Below are positions 38,375 through 50,940 of a stretch of 64,000 bases of DNA, piece after piece. Numbering within the stretch: position 1 is the first letter of the stretch; each line of letters starts with the position of its first letter. Location of the stretch: contig NC_068996.1 in NCBI RefSeq assembly GCF_001194135.2, positions 36,775,538 through 36,839,537 on the forward strand, given 5' to 3'. The DNA is from Octopus bimaculoides (taxonomy: Eukaryota). The notes under the pieces are model-generated. The model ran no database searches and was not told the origin of the DNA. It worked only from the letters and a program-made list of their open reading frames with translations. Position numbers and translations under genes: made by a program.

Positions 38375-41300
38375 TTAGTAAAGCCTGCATGAAGTATTGG
38401 CTGGTACACATTTTTTTTTTAAACCAAAACAATGCAAGTTATAAGAAATAATACAAGTCAATGGTTTTTCTCCAAAGGTTTCTTGAAGAAGGGGCCCTAA
38501 CCCTGAAATACTGAAATACAAGTTAAAACTACAAACCATCAATTTGATTTATTTCTTATAATTTGCATTACACTGGTTCCTATCAAATTGCTCAACTCAA
38601 GCCAATATGGAAAAACGGACCTTAAATGATGATGATCACACACACACACACACATGCAAATATATATATCTGCATCTAATGACTGAAGCAAGTAAAAGAA
38701 AGAAAGAAAGAAAGAAAAAAAAGAAATAAATACATATATATTACAATATCTTGAAGCTGACAATTTACCATGGGGATTCATAATTTTTAAACTACATTCA
38801 GATTCAAAGTAGCTATTAATTTTCAGCAATCACTCTCTCTATTAATTATGAGCCCTTTAGAAGATCAAGACAGCTGTAGGGGAAGAGGGACAAGTTCAGA
38901 GTTTTATCTTAAGTTTGATTTAACATTACAGGTAGTCACTTCAAGTAACAGATTAACACCTCACTCATTAATTCAATTTCGGTAAAATTGCCAAAAGTGA
39001 GTGCAGAACAAAAACTTTTCTCTTTTTAAATCTAAAGTGTTAATTAATGGATAAATCTTTATGTTTTTACAATTAAAAGTTGTAGTAATTTATCCCTCTA
39101 ACTCCAACATCTGCTTCTAATCTGTTTCTTAATATTTTTTTATTTATTTATTTCCAGTTTTTCACATGGCTTAAAATGAACCTTTATAAACGTAGATGAT
39201 GCTAAATTTTTCCCTTTTTTTCTTCCAAATCAAAATATTTCCAATTATTAATTATTAACAACAGAAGCAGTATTAATATGAAAAAGTAATCTTTATATTC
39301 AACTTTATGAAATCATGAGATCTTGGAGTTCTGGCACCCATGACAGATGATTCTTGTCTGCCATGATCTATGTGTGTACTTTTATGCACCAAGCACCTAT
39401 ATGAGAGGATCTCTCAAGGCTAATAACACAGCACTGGGTGTTCTAATGAGAGGTCCATGTTAAGTTGGGCATAAGGATTTCCAATTACAACTGATGATCA
39501 ACTTTCATATTTTTTTTAGATAAGTTTACCTGATTAAATCATTCAAAGTCTCTTTGTACCATATCCTGTCTACTCCCTTTTGCTCCCTTATTCAAGCACT
39601 GAAATCTCTCTCATTCCAATTATACCCTATTGTAGATCAATCTCAAATCCCCAAATCAGCAAATCACACCCAATTAAATCACTGTAAGTACTTGATTACT
39701 ATGAAGCACTCAATTTCCATTCAATGCTAAATATAATACAGCACACATTGCAAAACAGTTTACAAGGTAAATTAATCTTTACTGAAAATGTATGGCTCAG
39801 TGGTTAGAGTGTTGGGTTCACAATCATAAGATTGTAAGTTCAATTCCTGGACTGGGTAGCATATGTTTTTAAGCAAGGCAATTCATTTCATGTTGTTTCA
39901 GTCTATTCAGATGTATACGAGTACCAACCTAGTTTTGACACAACTCTCTCTCTCTCTCTCCCCTCCATTTGGTACATCTTCAATGTTGTACTGGGTTAAG
40001 GGTGGGAGGGCTGAGAGAGTGTTTGTGCGTGCTTGCAATACATAGATATCAAAAACAATTGGGAAGTGCTTGGTACATGCTGCCAAGCTGTACTTACTCG
40101 TGAGTGACAACTGAAACATCTAGATTTATATGTCTACCAGATCAAGACTGACCTGGGGATAAACGACAACATTGCACACATAAAAGTAATCATTAAGGCA
40201 TCACAAACTCTTCTGCCTGTTTATTGCAAACTCTTTAAAATTCTAAATAAAATCATACGTAATTATTCTTGCCTTACATTCAGCCAATTACCAAAAGTAG
40301 CAGCAAATAATCTTGCTTTTCTCTTTCACATTCAGTTCCCTTAAATATATTATTAAATTATAAATTAAAATTCTTCTCTTTCGAATTCTACATAGTCTAT
40401 TTGATTAATAAAAAAAGAAAGAAAAAAAAAAGTAGTGAGAATAATTAAGCTATATAAATAAATCATTTTTTTAATCATAATTTTAGCAGAAATTAAATTA
40501 AATAGTAAGAATAAATTAAAATACAAAAGTTACAAATTAGTTTCATGTATAGAAGTAAAACAAAAAAAAAAAAAAAGAAAAGAGAGAGAGAGAGAAAAGG
40601 TTTAATAATGTTAATAATACTAGTTATTTGCAGATATTTCTTGGACATTTAAAATAGCTTACAAATTAAGCATTTTGAGGTGGTACAACTATGGTAAAAA
40701 AAAAAAAAATAATGAATCCTCAGGATTTAATATAGGTGTAGATTAATTAAGTATAATTGAAATATTCTGAGTTAAGAGGAGGAGAAGACCCAAAATAGTG
40801 TGCAAGAAATGGCCACATTATATTACTGTATAAATATAGGCTTGGTTTTCCTGTATCCATTATTAAAATTCTCAAACTACACCCCAGACTTAAGGACCAG
40901 AATTTATATGCTCTCTGTGTGAAGCTTTACTGAAATCTGAGACCAAAGAGAATCTGCCACCCCATTAATCAGGGAGTGGGGGAGACACACAGACACACAC
41001 ACACACAAAGAGAGAGAATGAAGTAATATGCAGCAATGAACTAACAGCCAATTGATGCTTGTGTGATATTAGCAGTTTCCATTTCCAAGAAGAAATTCTC
41101 TTCACGCATGAGAATAAAATAACAAGGTTGATGATTGAAACTTTAGAAAATAACAACATATCATGGGTGGAATGGAAGACAAGAGGAAAATCTATTCCTA
41201 AACAGGTTTTATTCAGAGACAAGCTTACACAATGGTAAACATACTGCTTTGATAATAAATACAAAATGCAGTGAGATAATGTATATTATTAGTATTAGCA

Positions 41301-42618
41301 GAGCAGTGGGGAAAAACTATAGTTGTAAAATAGTGTCAGACAGAACTGTGTAGTAATGAGAATAAAAGTTATTTTCTATAATGTAGCCCCAGAAATGAAA
41401 TAGAGATAATGGGTTAGATATGGGAACTGTGCTATGTTTGTGATATGACTTACGTATGTCCTGGGCCTACATGGATTATATTACCAAACGGCAGCAATTG
41501 CAATTCTTTGTTCCTGTTTTCTCAATTTATTTGCTAAGCCTAAAGTAGATTGTTCATTAGCTCCAAACCAAGACTAATTATTTTATTAAAATCAATAATT
41601 AATATGACCTGTGCACACCCACATGTACACATACTTTCATTACCACCAACTGCTACATATGGACCAAAAATGTTTTGTTGGTTTTTCTTTATTTTGTGTG
41701 TATGCATCATTATCATCATCTTCATTTAATGTCTGTAGTCCATGCTGGCATGGGTTGGACAGTTTAACTGGAGTTGGCCAGCTGAAGGGATAGATGCCTG
41801 GGCTCCATGTTTATTTTGGCAAGATTTTTACAGCTGGGTGTCTATATGTATCAATGTGTATATGCACATACACACACACACAATTTAAATAAAACTGCTA
41901 CTTAATATTTCTAAACCTGGTGAAAATATTAAAACAATTCTTTTTCAAATAAATATATCTTCTTACTGGTTTGCATTTGAAGCATTTGCGAACAATCTGA
42001 AGTTAGAATTTTTTATCATTAAAAACTATAAAAATAAACAACAAAGTCATAGTAAGTTTGCTTCGCAACCACAAGGTCCTAGGTTCAGTCCTACTGCATG
42101 GCACCTTGCGCAAATATCTTCTACTTTAGACTCAGGCTGACCAAAGCCTTGCCAGTGGATTTGGTTAGATAGAAACTGAAAGAAGCCTGTTGTATGTGTG
42201 TGTGTGTGTGTGTGTGTTTCTCATATCTTCATGTCTGTGTTTGTCCATCACCACTGCTTGACAACTGGTGTTGATGTGTTTACATCCCCATAACTTAGTA
42301 GTTTAGCAAAAGAGACCAACAGAATAAGCACCAGACTTTTAAAAAAATAAATATTGGGGTTGATTCATTTGACTATAATTCTTCAAAGTGGTGCCTCAGA
42401 ATGGCTGGAGTCTAATGACCGAAACAAGTAAAAAAAAAATTTATTCAAGGGACAATCTACGTGGTCAATATCACTATGGAATGATATGACCTTGGATACT
42501 CCCTGAAGAATACCCCAAGGCTATACTGTTCCTTTCAGCCATTTCCAATTACTGCCATACTAGGTTCCCAACTTTTGGTAGTTTAGCTATTATGATACAA
42601 CACTATTGTATTATTTTA

Positions 42619-42666
<48 letters not shown>

Positions 42667-43318
42667 GAACTGGTTAAATCAGCTACATGGTATCAATCCT
42701 TGCAATTTTCACCTTGTGCTTACTTAAAAGAAAAATGTTTCCACACATTAACAAATGAATCGCTTTTGAATTATGCAATATAAATGTTACCCAAGTTATA
42801 TTATAAAGGCACAAAATGCTATATTTCTATATATTTATTTATTTAAATTTAAACATGCCTCAAATCAAACTAAAAAGTTACATAGATAACTGAAATATTA
42901 GGAAAAAACCATTTTCCCCCCACTAGACTAGTAAAGCCTGAAAGATTTACCAAGTAGTACAACCCACCCAACACAATATTTTCAAGATCATGTTTCTAAC
43001 AAAATCATGTTCATCCTGGCAGAGTAACGTACCACTAGTCCCTCTTAAAGATGACAGATGACTTGTACACTGACTTCGTTTTAAGTGGCAATGAGTTGCA
43101 CACCACCACCCTCACTCTCAAATTAGTAACCATCTTCAATCCTGTGGCAAAATCAGGTCAAGACAACTGTAGAAGGAGACAGACGCAGTGGATGACCAAG
43201 GTGTTCTACTTGCCTCTCTACACTCCACAATGTATTAGAGTAATTTATTTAGTAATCTAGTTAAATTTAATATTAATTAGACTAAGCTAGTGTTCAGACC
43301 ATAGTAGACCATTCTTAC

Positions 43319-43427
43319 ATGATATAAAAGGCCTAATTTTAATATTATTCAAGAGGCCACAGCTGTAAAAGATGCATCTCACAATGCTGTACAAGGAATT
43401 TCTGTCTCTCATAAGCTTTGGTAGATC
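43319..43427 (-). CDS. Candidate internal exon: DLPKLMRDRNSLYSIVRCIFYSCGLLNNIKIRPFIS
   Basis: Open frame ending at donor T|GTAAGA. A phase-0 start would follow 47079, but the acceptor is an atypical GAG. Confidence 0.3.
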
Positions 43428-44438
43428 CTCAATTTCAAATTAAAATTCAAACACACAACAGCAACTGAAATATGAACTCTTTAAATGAGACAGTTTGGCA
43501 TCATAGAATGAGAAGTTGTGGTCTCAAAGTGTGTTTGGTACCAATAAGTTAATCTGGTATATATTTTTTGTTTGCAAAGTGACTTTCAGCTGTCTGTGCA
43601 GGTTACTAAACATTACTTGATTAGTGTTATATAGTTGTTTTTAGTAACACCTGATGATGTCCTGACCTTTATATGACCAACAAATAATTAAGTTGTCTAC
43701 AATCAATAAATCATTAAACCCCAGAAGCATTTTCTAATAAATGAAGACGGGAATGTTCTAAGACATGAACAGAAAATAACAAGCAATTACTCATTGAAAA
43801 GAAATATGTGAAATAGCCTCACAGCAATTTTAAACATTATTTTCCATTTACTTGCTTTATTTCAAGTTTTCAATTTTAATTTGAAGGCACAGGGTTAAGG
43901 TTAATGGTTAACTTTAGAATGGATCTATTTTCCAGCCAGTTAGATTTTAGTTGCTTCGTCTAAATACATAGAACAATGTAAGACTGTTTGAAATTATGAG
44001 ATATACACTAAGAGACTACTTCTAGATTTAATCTTCTAGTAAAACAAGAGTCTTTGAATAAATAATATTGGTTACATAGATCAGCGGTTCTTAAACTGAC
44101 AGATATTGGTACCTCACCAAAATATTAGTGAAATTTTTTGGTCCTTCCCTCCTTCTTCTTTAATGAGAAGACATCTGGTTTGTGTCTACATCATTTTTAG
44201 TCAAGAAGTTTAAAAATCTTAAAAACCCTTGCAATTTTATTACACATAGCAATTTGTCCAGCCACTTTTCAATCCTCAAAAAGCTCCTACACCCTATGAA
44301 AACCTCTTGGGTAAGGTGACAAACAGATTAAAAGTTTTTAGATAAATCCTAATAGGAATGTATGTGAAACTACAAACAATACAAAACAGGAAAGCTAGCT
44401 CAATCAAAGAAGGTAAAAATATCTTGCTAAACCATTAA

Positions 44439-44643
44439 CCCTTTTATTACCATATTTCTTCCTTTGTTTCAATTAATTTTGAAATTAATGAAGAATTTAA
44501 TGAAATAAGCTCGTCACTATTAAGGTGATGTTTGGAACACAACATAAAAATTTAATGAGGAATCTTAATGTAGATCACTTTAAGACAGGGAAGTCTGTAT
44601 TATAGAATCAGAGGTGGTCCTAGGTAGGTTGGTATCAAAAGGC
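44439..44643. mobile_element. piggyBac-like MITE, family 2
   Basis: ttaa|cccttttattacc...ggttggtatcaaaaggc|ttaa. Related copies near 15850-16070, 61550-61755 and 62630-62860. Confidence 0.65.
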
Positions 44644-45061
44644 TTAAGATCAATTAGAGCTCTTAATCTTAATTTCGGGATTAGTTGATACAGCTAACAC
44701 CTCTCACCTACTGATTTTTGATATTTCTATCATAACATTTCTATATATTAACTCTTATGCCTGTAAAGCAGAATTAACAGTCTCAGCTACAATTAGGGTA
44801 GATAAAGAGAAAATTATTGGAGTGTATTCGCATGAAAGGTGGTACAAGCAAAAGCAAAGACTCAGTTTTTGGTATCGTAGCAGTAGAATTAAAGGTAACT
44901 AACTTAATCTCAGGAATAGATCAGTATGACAGCCCCTTAAAAAAAAAAAGCATGGCTGCGTGGTACCTTGGACAAGTGTCTTCTACAATAGCCTTGGACT
45001 GAGCAAAGCCTTGTAAATGGATTTGGTAAATGGAAACTGAAAGAAGCCTGTCATGTATAAA

Positions 45062-46139
45062 TCTATACTATATATATAAAACAGAGATGTGTGTGTAATC
45101 GCTTTTCATGTGAAATCTACTTCACCAAATGCTTCCATACTTGTGATGCGTGAATAATTTGATCTTTGATAAATCTTAGGCTCTTCATTTGATTTTTTTA
45201 ATTAAAAATAAATAATATTGCTTTATATTTAAGATTCACTTTTTTAAAAAGGTTCCTCAATGTCAACTTCCGGTATTGACGTAACAACGGCAAAAAACCT
45301 TCACTCTCTATTTTGTGTGTTCGTGTGTATGAGAGAGAGAGAGAGTAAATACTACATATACACCGCTCTCTCACTCTGTCTCACATNNNNNNNNNNNNNN
45401 NNNNNNNNNNNNNNNNNNNNNNNNNNNNNNNNNNNNNNNNNNNNNNNNNNNNNNNNNNNNNNNNNNNNNNNNNNNNNNNNNNNNNNNNNNNNNNNNNNNN
45501 NNNNNNNNNNNNNNNNNNNNNNNNNNNNNNNNNNNNNNNNNNNNNNNNNNNNNNNNNNNNNNNNNNNNNNNNNNNNNNNNNNNNNNNNNNNNNNNNNNNN
45601 NNNNNNNNNNNNNNNNNNNNNNNNNNNNNNNNNNNNNNNNNNNNNNNNNNNNNNNNNNNNNNNNNNNNNNNNNNNNNNNNNNNNNNNNNNNNNNNNNNNN
45701 NNNNNNNNNNNNNNNNNNNNNNNNNNNNNNNNNNNNNNNNNNNNNNNNNNNNNNNNNNNNNNNNNNNNNNATGTACGTATACATGACAACAAACCTCTCT
45801 CTCTCACTCTCACACTGTCTCTTACAAACACACACATACATAAATGTATATAAACATATTTACAAAGACACACGTGTGTATGCGCGCGCGTGCTCTGGTA
45901 TTGACGTAACAACGGCAAAAAAGCTTCACTCTCTATTTTGTGTGTGACTGTGTGTGTTCGTGTGTATGAGAGAGAGAGAGAGTAAATACTACATATACAC
46001 CGCTCTCTCACTCTGTCTCACATACATACACATGCACACCCCTTGACTCACTCACACTCTGTCTCTTACAAACACACACATACATAAATGTATACAAACA
46101 TATTTACAAAGACACACGTGTGTATGTGCGCGTGGGGGG
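45062..46139 (+). mobile_element. Helitron-like element with internal tandem repeats (3' end probably in the gap)
   Basis: Starts A|TCTATACTATATATATAAAAC. Block 45273-45386 recurs at 45897-46023 and block 45800-45890 recurs near 46055-46135. Confidence 0.5.
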
Positions 46140-46344
46140 NNNNNNNNNNNNNNNNNNNNNNNNNNNNNNNNNNNNNNNNNNNNNNNNNNNNNNNNNNNNN
46201 NNNNNNNNNNNNNNNNNNNNNNNNNNNNNNNNNNNNNNNNNNNNNNNNNNNNNNNNNNNNNNNNNNNNNNNNNNNNNNNNNNNNNNNNNNNNNNNNNNNN
46301 NNNNNNNNNNNNNNNNNNNNNNNNNNNNNNNNNNNNNNNNNNNN

Positions 46345-46394
<50 letters not shown>

Positions 46395-47078
46395 GTGAGT
46401 GTCTTTGTCTGTGTTTGTCATCCCACCATCACCTGACAATTAATGTTGGTGCATTTACATCCCCATAGCTTAGCAGTTCAGCAAAAGAGCCTGATAGAAT
46501 AAGTACTAGGCTTATGAAGAATAAGTCCTGGTGTTGATTTCTTCAACTAAAACCCTTTAAGGCAGTGATCCAGCATGGCTGCAGTCAAATGACTGAAACA
46601 TGTAAAAGAAATAATGATAGATGTAATGTTGAGCATGACATAACAGAGCAACCAGAAAAGTTTGTCAATCTCAAATCTAACATGGTTAGGTGGTGTTTAA
46701 TTCTTGGTTAATTCCTGATGCAAAGGTCTTCCAGTTATGTGACAATCTTTTTATTTTTATTTTTTAGACATGACATTGTTCAACATGTCTTTTTCTTAAG
46801 ATGACAGGTTTTGGTGAGAGAATTCAGCAGCTATTTCTAGCAGATTGGGCAGCTACATAAAACCTATCATTGGTAGTAATTTGTGTAGTCATGTACATTG
46901 TTGCCAACAACAAAGAGCTTCTTTTTAATATTACATTAAGTGTTATTTTATCATTGTAATAATTTATGAGACAGGGAGGAAGAGTCCATAAACAGCATCA
47001 CATAAGTGAACTTCATTAGAGCTAAGTAGACTTGCTGATCAATAACTATAAAGAATACAAAAAGTGAAGCTACCTTAC

Positions 47079-47158
47079 AGGGTTTAGAGACCAAGTTGGA
47101 TAATAAATAGAAGTGTCAGTTACAATCTGAAAAGACTTCTTTTTCTGTTTGGCAGAAA
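47079..47158 (-). CDS. Internal exon (80 nt): (I)SAKQKKKSFQIVTDTSIYYPTWSLNP
   Basis: Strong acceptor ttatttctctttatcttcttag| and donor CCT|GTAAGG. The only open frame is phase-compatible with exon 48473-48671. Confidence 0.55.
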
Positions 47159-47586
47159 CTAAGAAGATAAAGAGAAATAAATACTTGAATTCATACAGTT
47201 GCATAGTAACAGAGGTCAATGAATTTTATATTCTAGCTTACTTTTAATCTAATTTAATATACTGGCCTTCTTTATTACTAATTAACTTTATTGCACTGGT
47301 ATATATTTAAGACATAGAGAGAAAACAACAATGCGACATAAACTTTATGCCAAAAGACAAAATAGACTTTCCAGTTATTACAGTGTTTGGTGGTGAAGTG
47401 GTTAAGTTACTTGAGTGTAAGCAAAAATCATAAGATCAAATCCTACCCATTGTAAAATTTTTCAAGCAGTCAAGAATGCTGATAGGTAAGAGAAAGAACG
47501 GTCAGCTAGCCTTAACAAATGATATCCATCTGCCATGTGCTTTCACACAAAAGGATCAAGTTGTAGAATAATGTATTGTACATTAA

Positions 47587-47775
47587 TCCTTTAGCATTCA
47601 GAATACTCAGTCAAATGTAATGCTTATCTTTCTACATTGTTTTCTCATAGCTTTGGGATTTTGATATGATTGTATACTTTTTAAAATGACATTGTAGTGT
47701 AGGTGTAAGAGACTGGATCTTGACAGTTTGAACCCAAAACATGTAGAATATTTGGCCAATTTGAATGCTAAATGG
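47587..47775. mobile_element. piggyBac-like MITE, family 1
   Basis: ttaa|tcctttagcattcag...gaatgctaaatgg|ttaa. Confidence 0.7.
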
Positions 47776-48472
47776 TTAACACAAAAAAAAAAATATATAT
47801 ATATATAAATTACAAAAACCAGAACAACAAAATGTTGTTGAATATAATTTGAATTGTAATCCTATTTACACAGTTCCCATAAGCAAACAATGAAATTAAA
47901 ATGTCCAAAGAGATAAAAGTTGTTATTAGTATGCTTTGAACAAAAGGAAAATGTTATCATGGCTAAAGAGTGGTTTATTATTTAGTTGTCATTTTCAAAA
48001 ATCAAAGCTTTATTCATTCAAGAAATTGAGAGAGAATAGCTAAATGCCTTGAAAGAAATTACAATCAAACACATAATTTTGCTAATTATGATTTTTATTT
48101 TATTGCACTTCTTTCTAAAATCACAATTTGCTCATTCTTCAAGCCTTTCAAAAATGGAGGAAGGGTGGTTGAAAAAAAAAAAAAAAAAATCAATTATCAA
48201 TGAACAATTATTCTAATAATTTATTAAATAATCTTGATAACAAAGTGCACTACAAAAGTTCAACAAAGAAAACTGATCCCAAAGTGGATATGCTGAGTTA
48301 GAGGGGTATCACACAATGTTTTTAACGAAAACGACATGACGAAAGTGGAATAGAATCAAGCAATGAGATAATATACACTTTATTAAAGATAACACGCTTA
48401 ACTGATAGCATCTGCTAGAATGACATACTAGGTTAGTAGAGGAGAGAGAAAGAGAGAAAGAGTAAAACTTAC

Positions 48473-48671
48473 TGCTTGCTATTTTTGCTGCAAGTAAAAC
48501 CAAGCAACTAATTAGAAAACATTCAGATTCAGATTTATAATAAAAAATTTGTCCTGTCAAAATTTTAACACATATTTTTGTTAAAGTATATTGTAACAAT
48601 TTGGTGAACCTTGGTAAAACTATTGCAATAGTGTCCCTATCTTGTGTAGGTGGAAATATTTCCAGATGACT
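48473..48671 (-). CDS. Internal exon (199 nt) of unidentified gene: SHLEIFPPTQDRDTIAIVLPRFTKLLQYTLTKICVKILTGQIFYYKSESECFLISCLVLLAAKIAS
   Basis: Long poly-T/C acceptor (ttttcatcttttcaatatctaccaag|), 66 open codons, consensus donor A|GTAAGT. Its phase-1 end fits the phase-1 start of the exon at 47158. Confidence 0.6.
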
Positions 48672-49539
48672 CTTGGTAGATATTGAAAAGATGAAAAAAA
48701 AAAAAAAAAAGAAAAGAAAATTTGATGTATCTAATATAATGGTTAGGTAAATGTTTCAATTTAAAGAATAATTCCAGAAATACTTATATAGAATATGGAT
48801 GTGAGGATTCTAACAGTAATTTTTTAGAATTTAGTATTAAATAAGATATTATGGACCAAGATACATGACATACCCAATCAAACCATCGTTATATATACTT
48901 ATATATAAGGCAGTCTGATGATGACCTAACTGGCTGAACAGCTGAAACTTTGAAGTCACTATCAATAATATTCTTGTACTCTACAAAAGTATAGAGTAAC
49001 TCATCAGATTAATGTAAAATTGTTTTTATTATAACATAAAATGAAGCATTAATTAATTAATATTTTTATATGTATGTATATGTAAATGTCAACCACTGAA
49101 AGTGAGTGCTCAACACTGCATTGATGGATATAATTTCTTTATTTGTGAATTAAGGCTACCATTGGTTTCATGTTAAGAAAAGTAGAAAAATATCCTTGTG
49201 TCTTAACAATTTTTCAAGCTGATAAATTATATATACACACACATACACACAGAAAAAGAGAGAGACAATAAATGTGTGTTTCACTAAGTTTGTATAACTT
49301 GGAGAGAAGATAAAGGGATCATGGGATCTCATCACAGCATATAAACTTATTCAAAACCATGAAATTCACTGTCATTTTTGCCAATGCAGATTAAGGCCAG
49401 TTCATTTGGACTCTTTCACATGGCACACATACACACACACAAACACACAAGTTCTAGTTGACAGCTTTTGTTACTAAGGAGATGTAATTAGTAAGGGAGG
49501 AGGTTACTTCAAAAGTATAGTGGCCAGAATAAGGAGAAA

Positions 49540-50940
49540 GATTGGCATAGCAGTATCACTATAAGGTACTACAAAAGCAAAGGAGATGCCTTAGAGAGAA
49601 GCAATTATAGAGGAATCAAATTACTGGATCAGATTATGAAAGTCAAGAAAGAGTCATAGCTCAATTGGCCCATGATAGGGTAGAAGTAGATGAAATGCAG
49701 CTAGGTTTCCTGTCCAGTAAAGGTACCACGGATGCAATCTTCCTAGTGAAGCAACTGCAACAGAAATACTTGGCTAATAGTAAATCATTATTCCAGGCTC
49801 TTGTTGATTTGGAGGTGTTTGACAGGATACCACATACAGTAATCTGGTCATTAATGAAGCTGGATGTTGGCATATGGCTTGTGAGAGCTGTACAAGCCAT
49901 GTACAAAAATGCAATAAGTGAAAGTCAACAACTTCTATGGTGAATTTAGCAAAATGGTTGCAGTCCATCAAAGTTCAGTTTTGAGTCTCCTCCCATTCAT
50001 AATAGTCCTACAGGCCATCACAGAACAGTTTAAGACCAATTATCTATGGGAACTCCAATGTGCTAATGATCTAGTTCTCATAGCAAAATCTATAGAAGAA
50101 TTAGAAATGAAATTTCAGGCATGGAAACAAAGCCTAGAATAGAGAGGTCTTAAAATACATTTAGTAAAGACAAAGGTTTTAAAATGTAGGAAAGGAGACA
50201 GGAAGCTAGTACATTGTGAAACAGCTTTATTCAATATGTAGAAAAGGGGAAGTTATAAATTTGATACACTGTACCCATGTAAGCTATGGACAAAAGAGAT
50301 GTAACAGAATCTCAGGCAGACTAGCAGAGAACATAAGCTTCATATACGATAGACACACTGGAGCAGTACATACTATGAACACACCAGAAATAGACTTCCT
50401 TGAATGCCTGGATGGCTCACTAAAATTAGTTGATAGCTTTTGTTACTAAGGAGATGTAATTAGTAAGGGAGGAAGTTACTCCAAAAGTATAGTAAGGACA
50501 GGTCGGAGAAAGATCAGCGAGAAACTACTGCTGCTAGCAACAAATGTGAAAGGTAGATTGTAATAATGCATGTGTTAGAACTGCAATGCTGCATGGTTCT
50601 GAGACATGAGTTTTGAACACAAAGGACATTAGAAGTCTTGGGAAAAAAAACCAAGCAAGCCTGCTCTGTTGGATGTGCAATGTGAGTGTGCATGAAAGAC
50701 ATAGTATAGAAGTGATGTATGAAAAAATGGGCATAAGAAGTGTCACATGTAGTGTGCAGGAAAGAAGATTGTGCTGGTATGGACAATGTATGGATAAGGA
50801 CAGTTGCATAAAGATGTGCCAATCACTTAATGTGGTTAGAGCTTATGGAATAGTGAAGCTAAGGGAGTCGAGGGATGAAATGGTGAACACTAACATCAGG
50901 ACCCAGAACCTCACAGTAGATTTGACAAAGGACTAGGATG
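49540..50940 (+). mobile_element. Decayed RTE-clade LINE (RT domain to C-terminus)
   Basis: Interrupted frames give NYRGIKLLDQIMKV, EMQLGFLSSKGTTDAIFLVKQLQQKYL, VHQSSVLSLL, ANDLVLIA, DSFCY and RRLCWYG. Many stops and frameshifts. Confidence 0.85.

Noticed and set aside
44802-44895. Plus-strand exon IKRKLLECIRMKGG...VELK
   Set aside because: Poor acceptor and no partner exons; antisense to the better-supported gene.
45260-45300. ETS/CRE motif as a host gene promoter
   Set aside because: It lies downstream of a Helitron 5' terminus and the block is internally duplicated.
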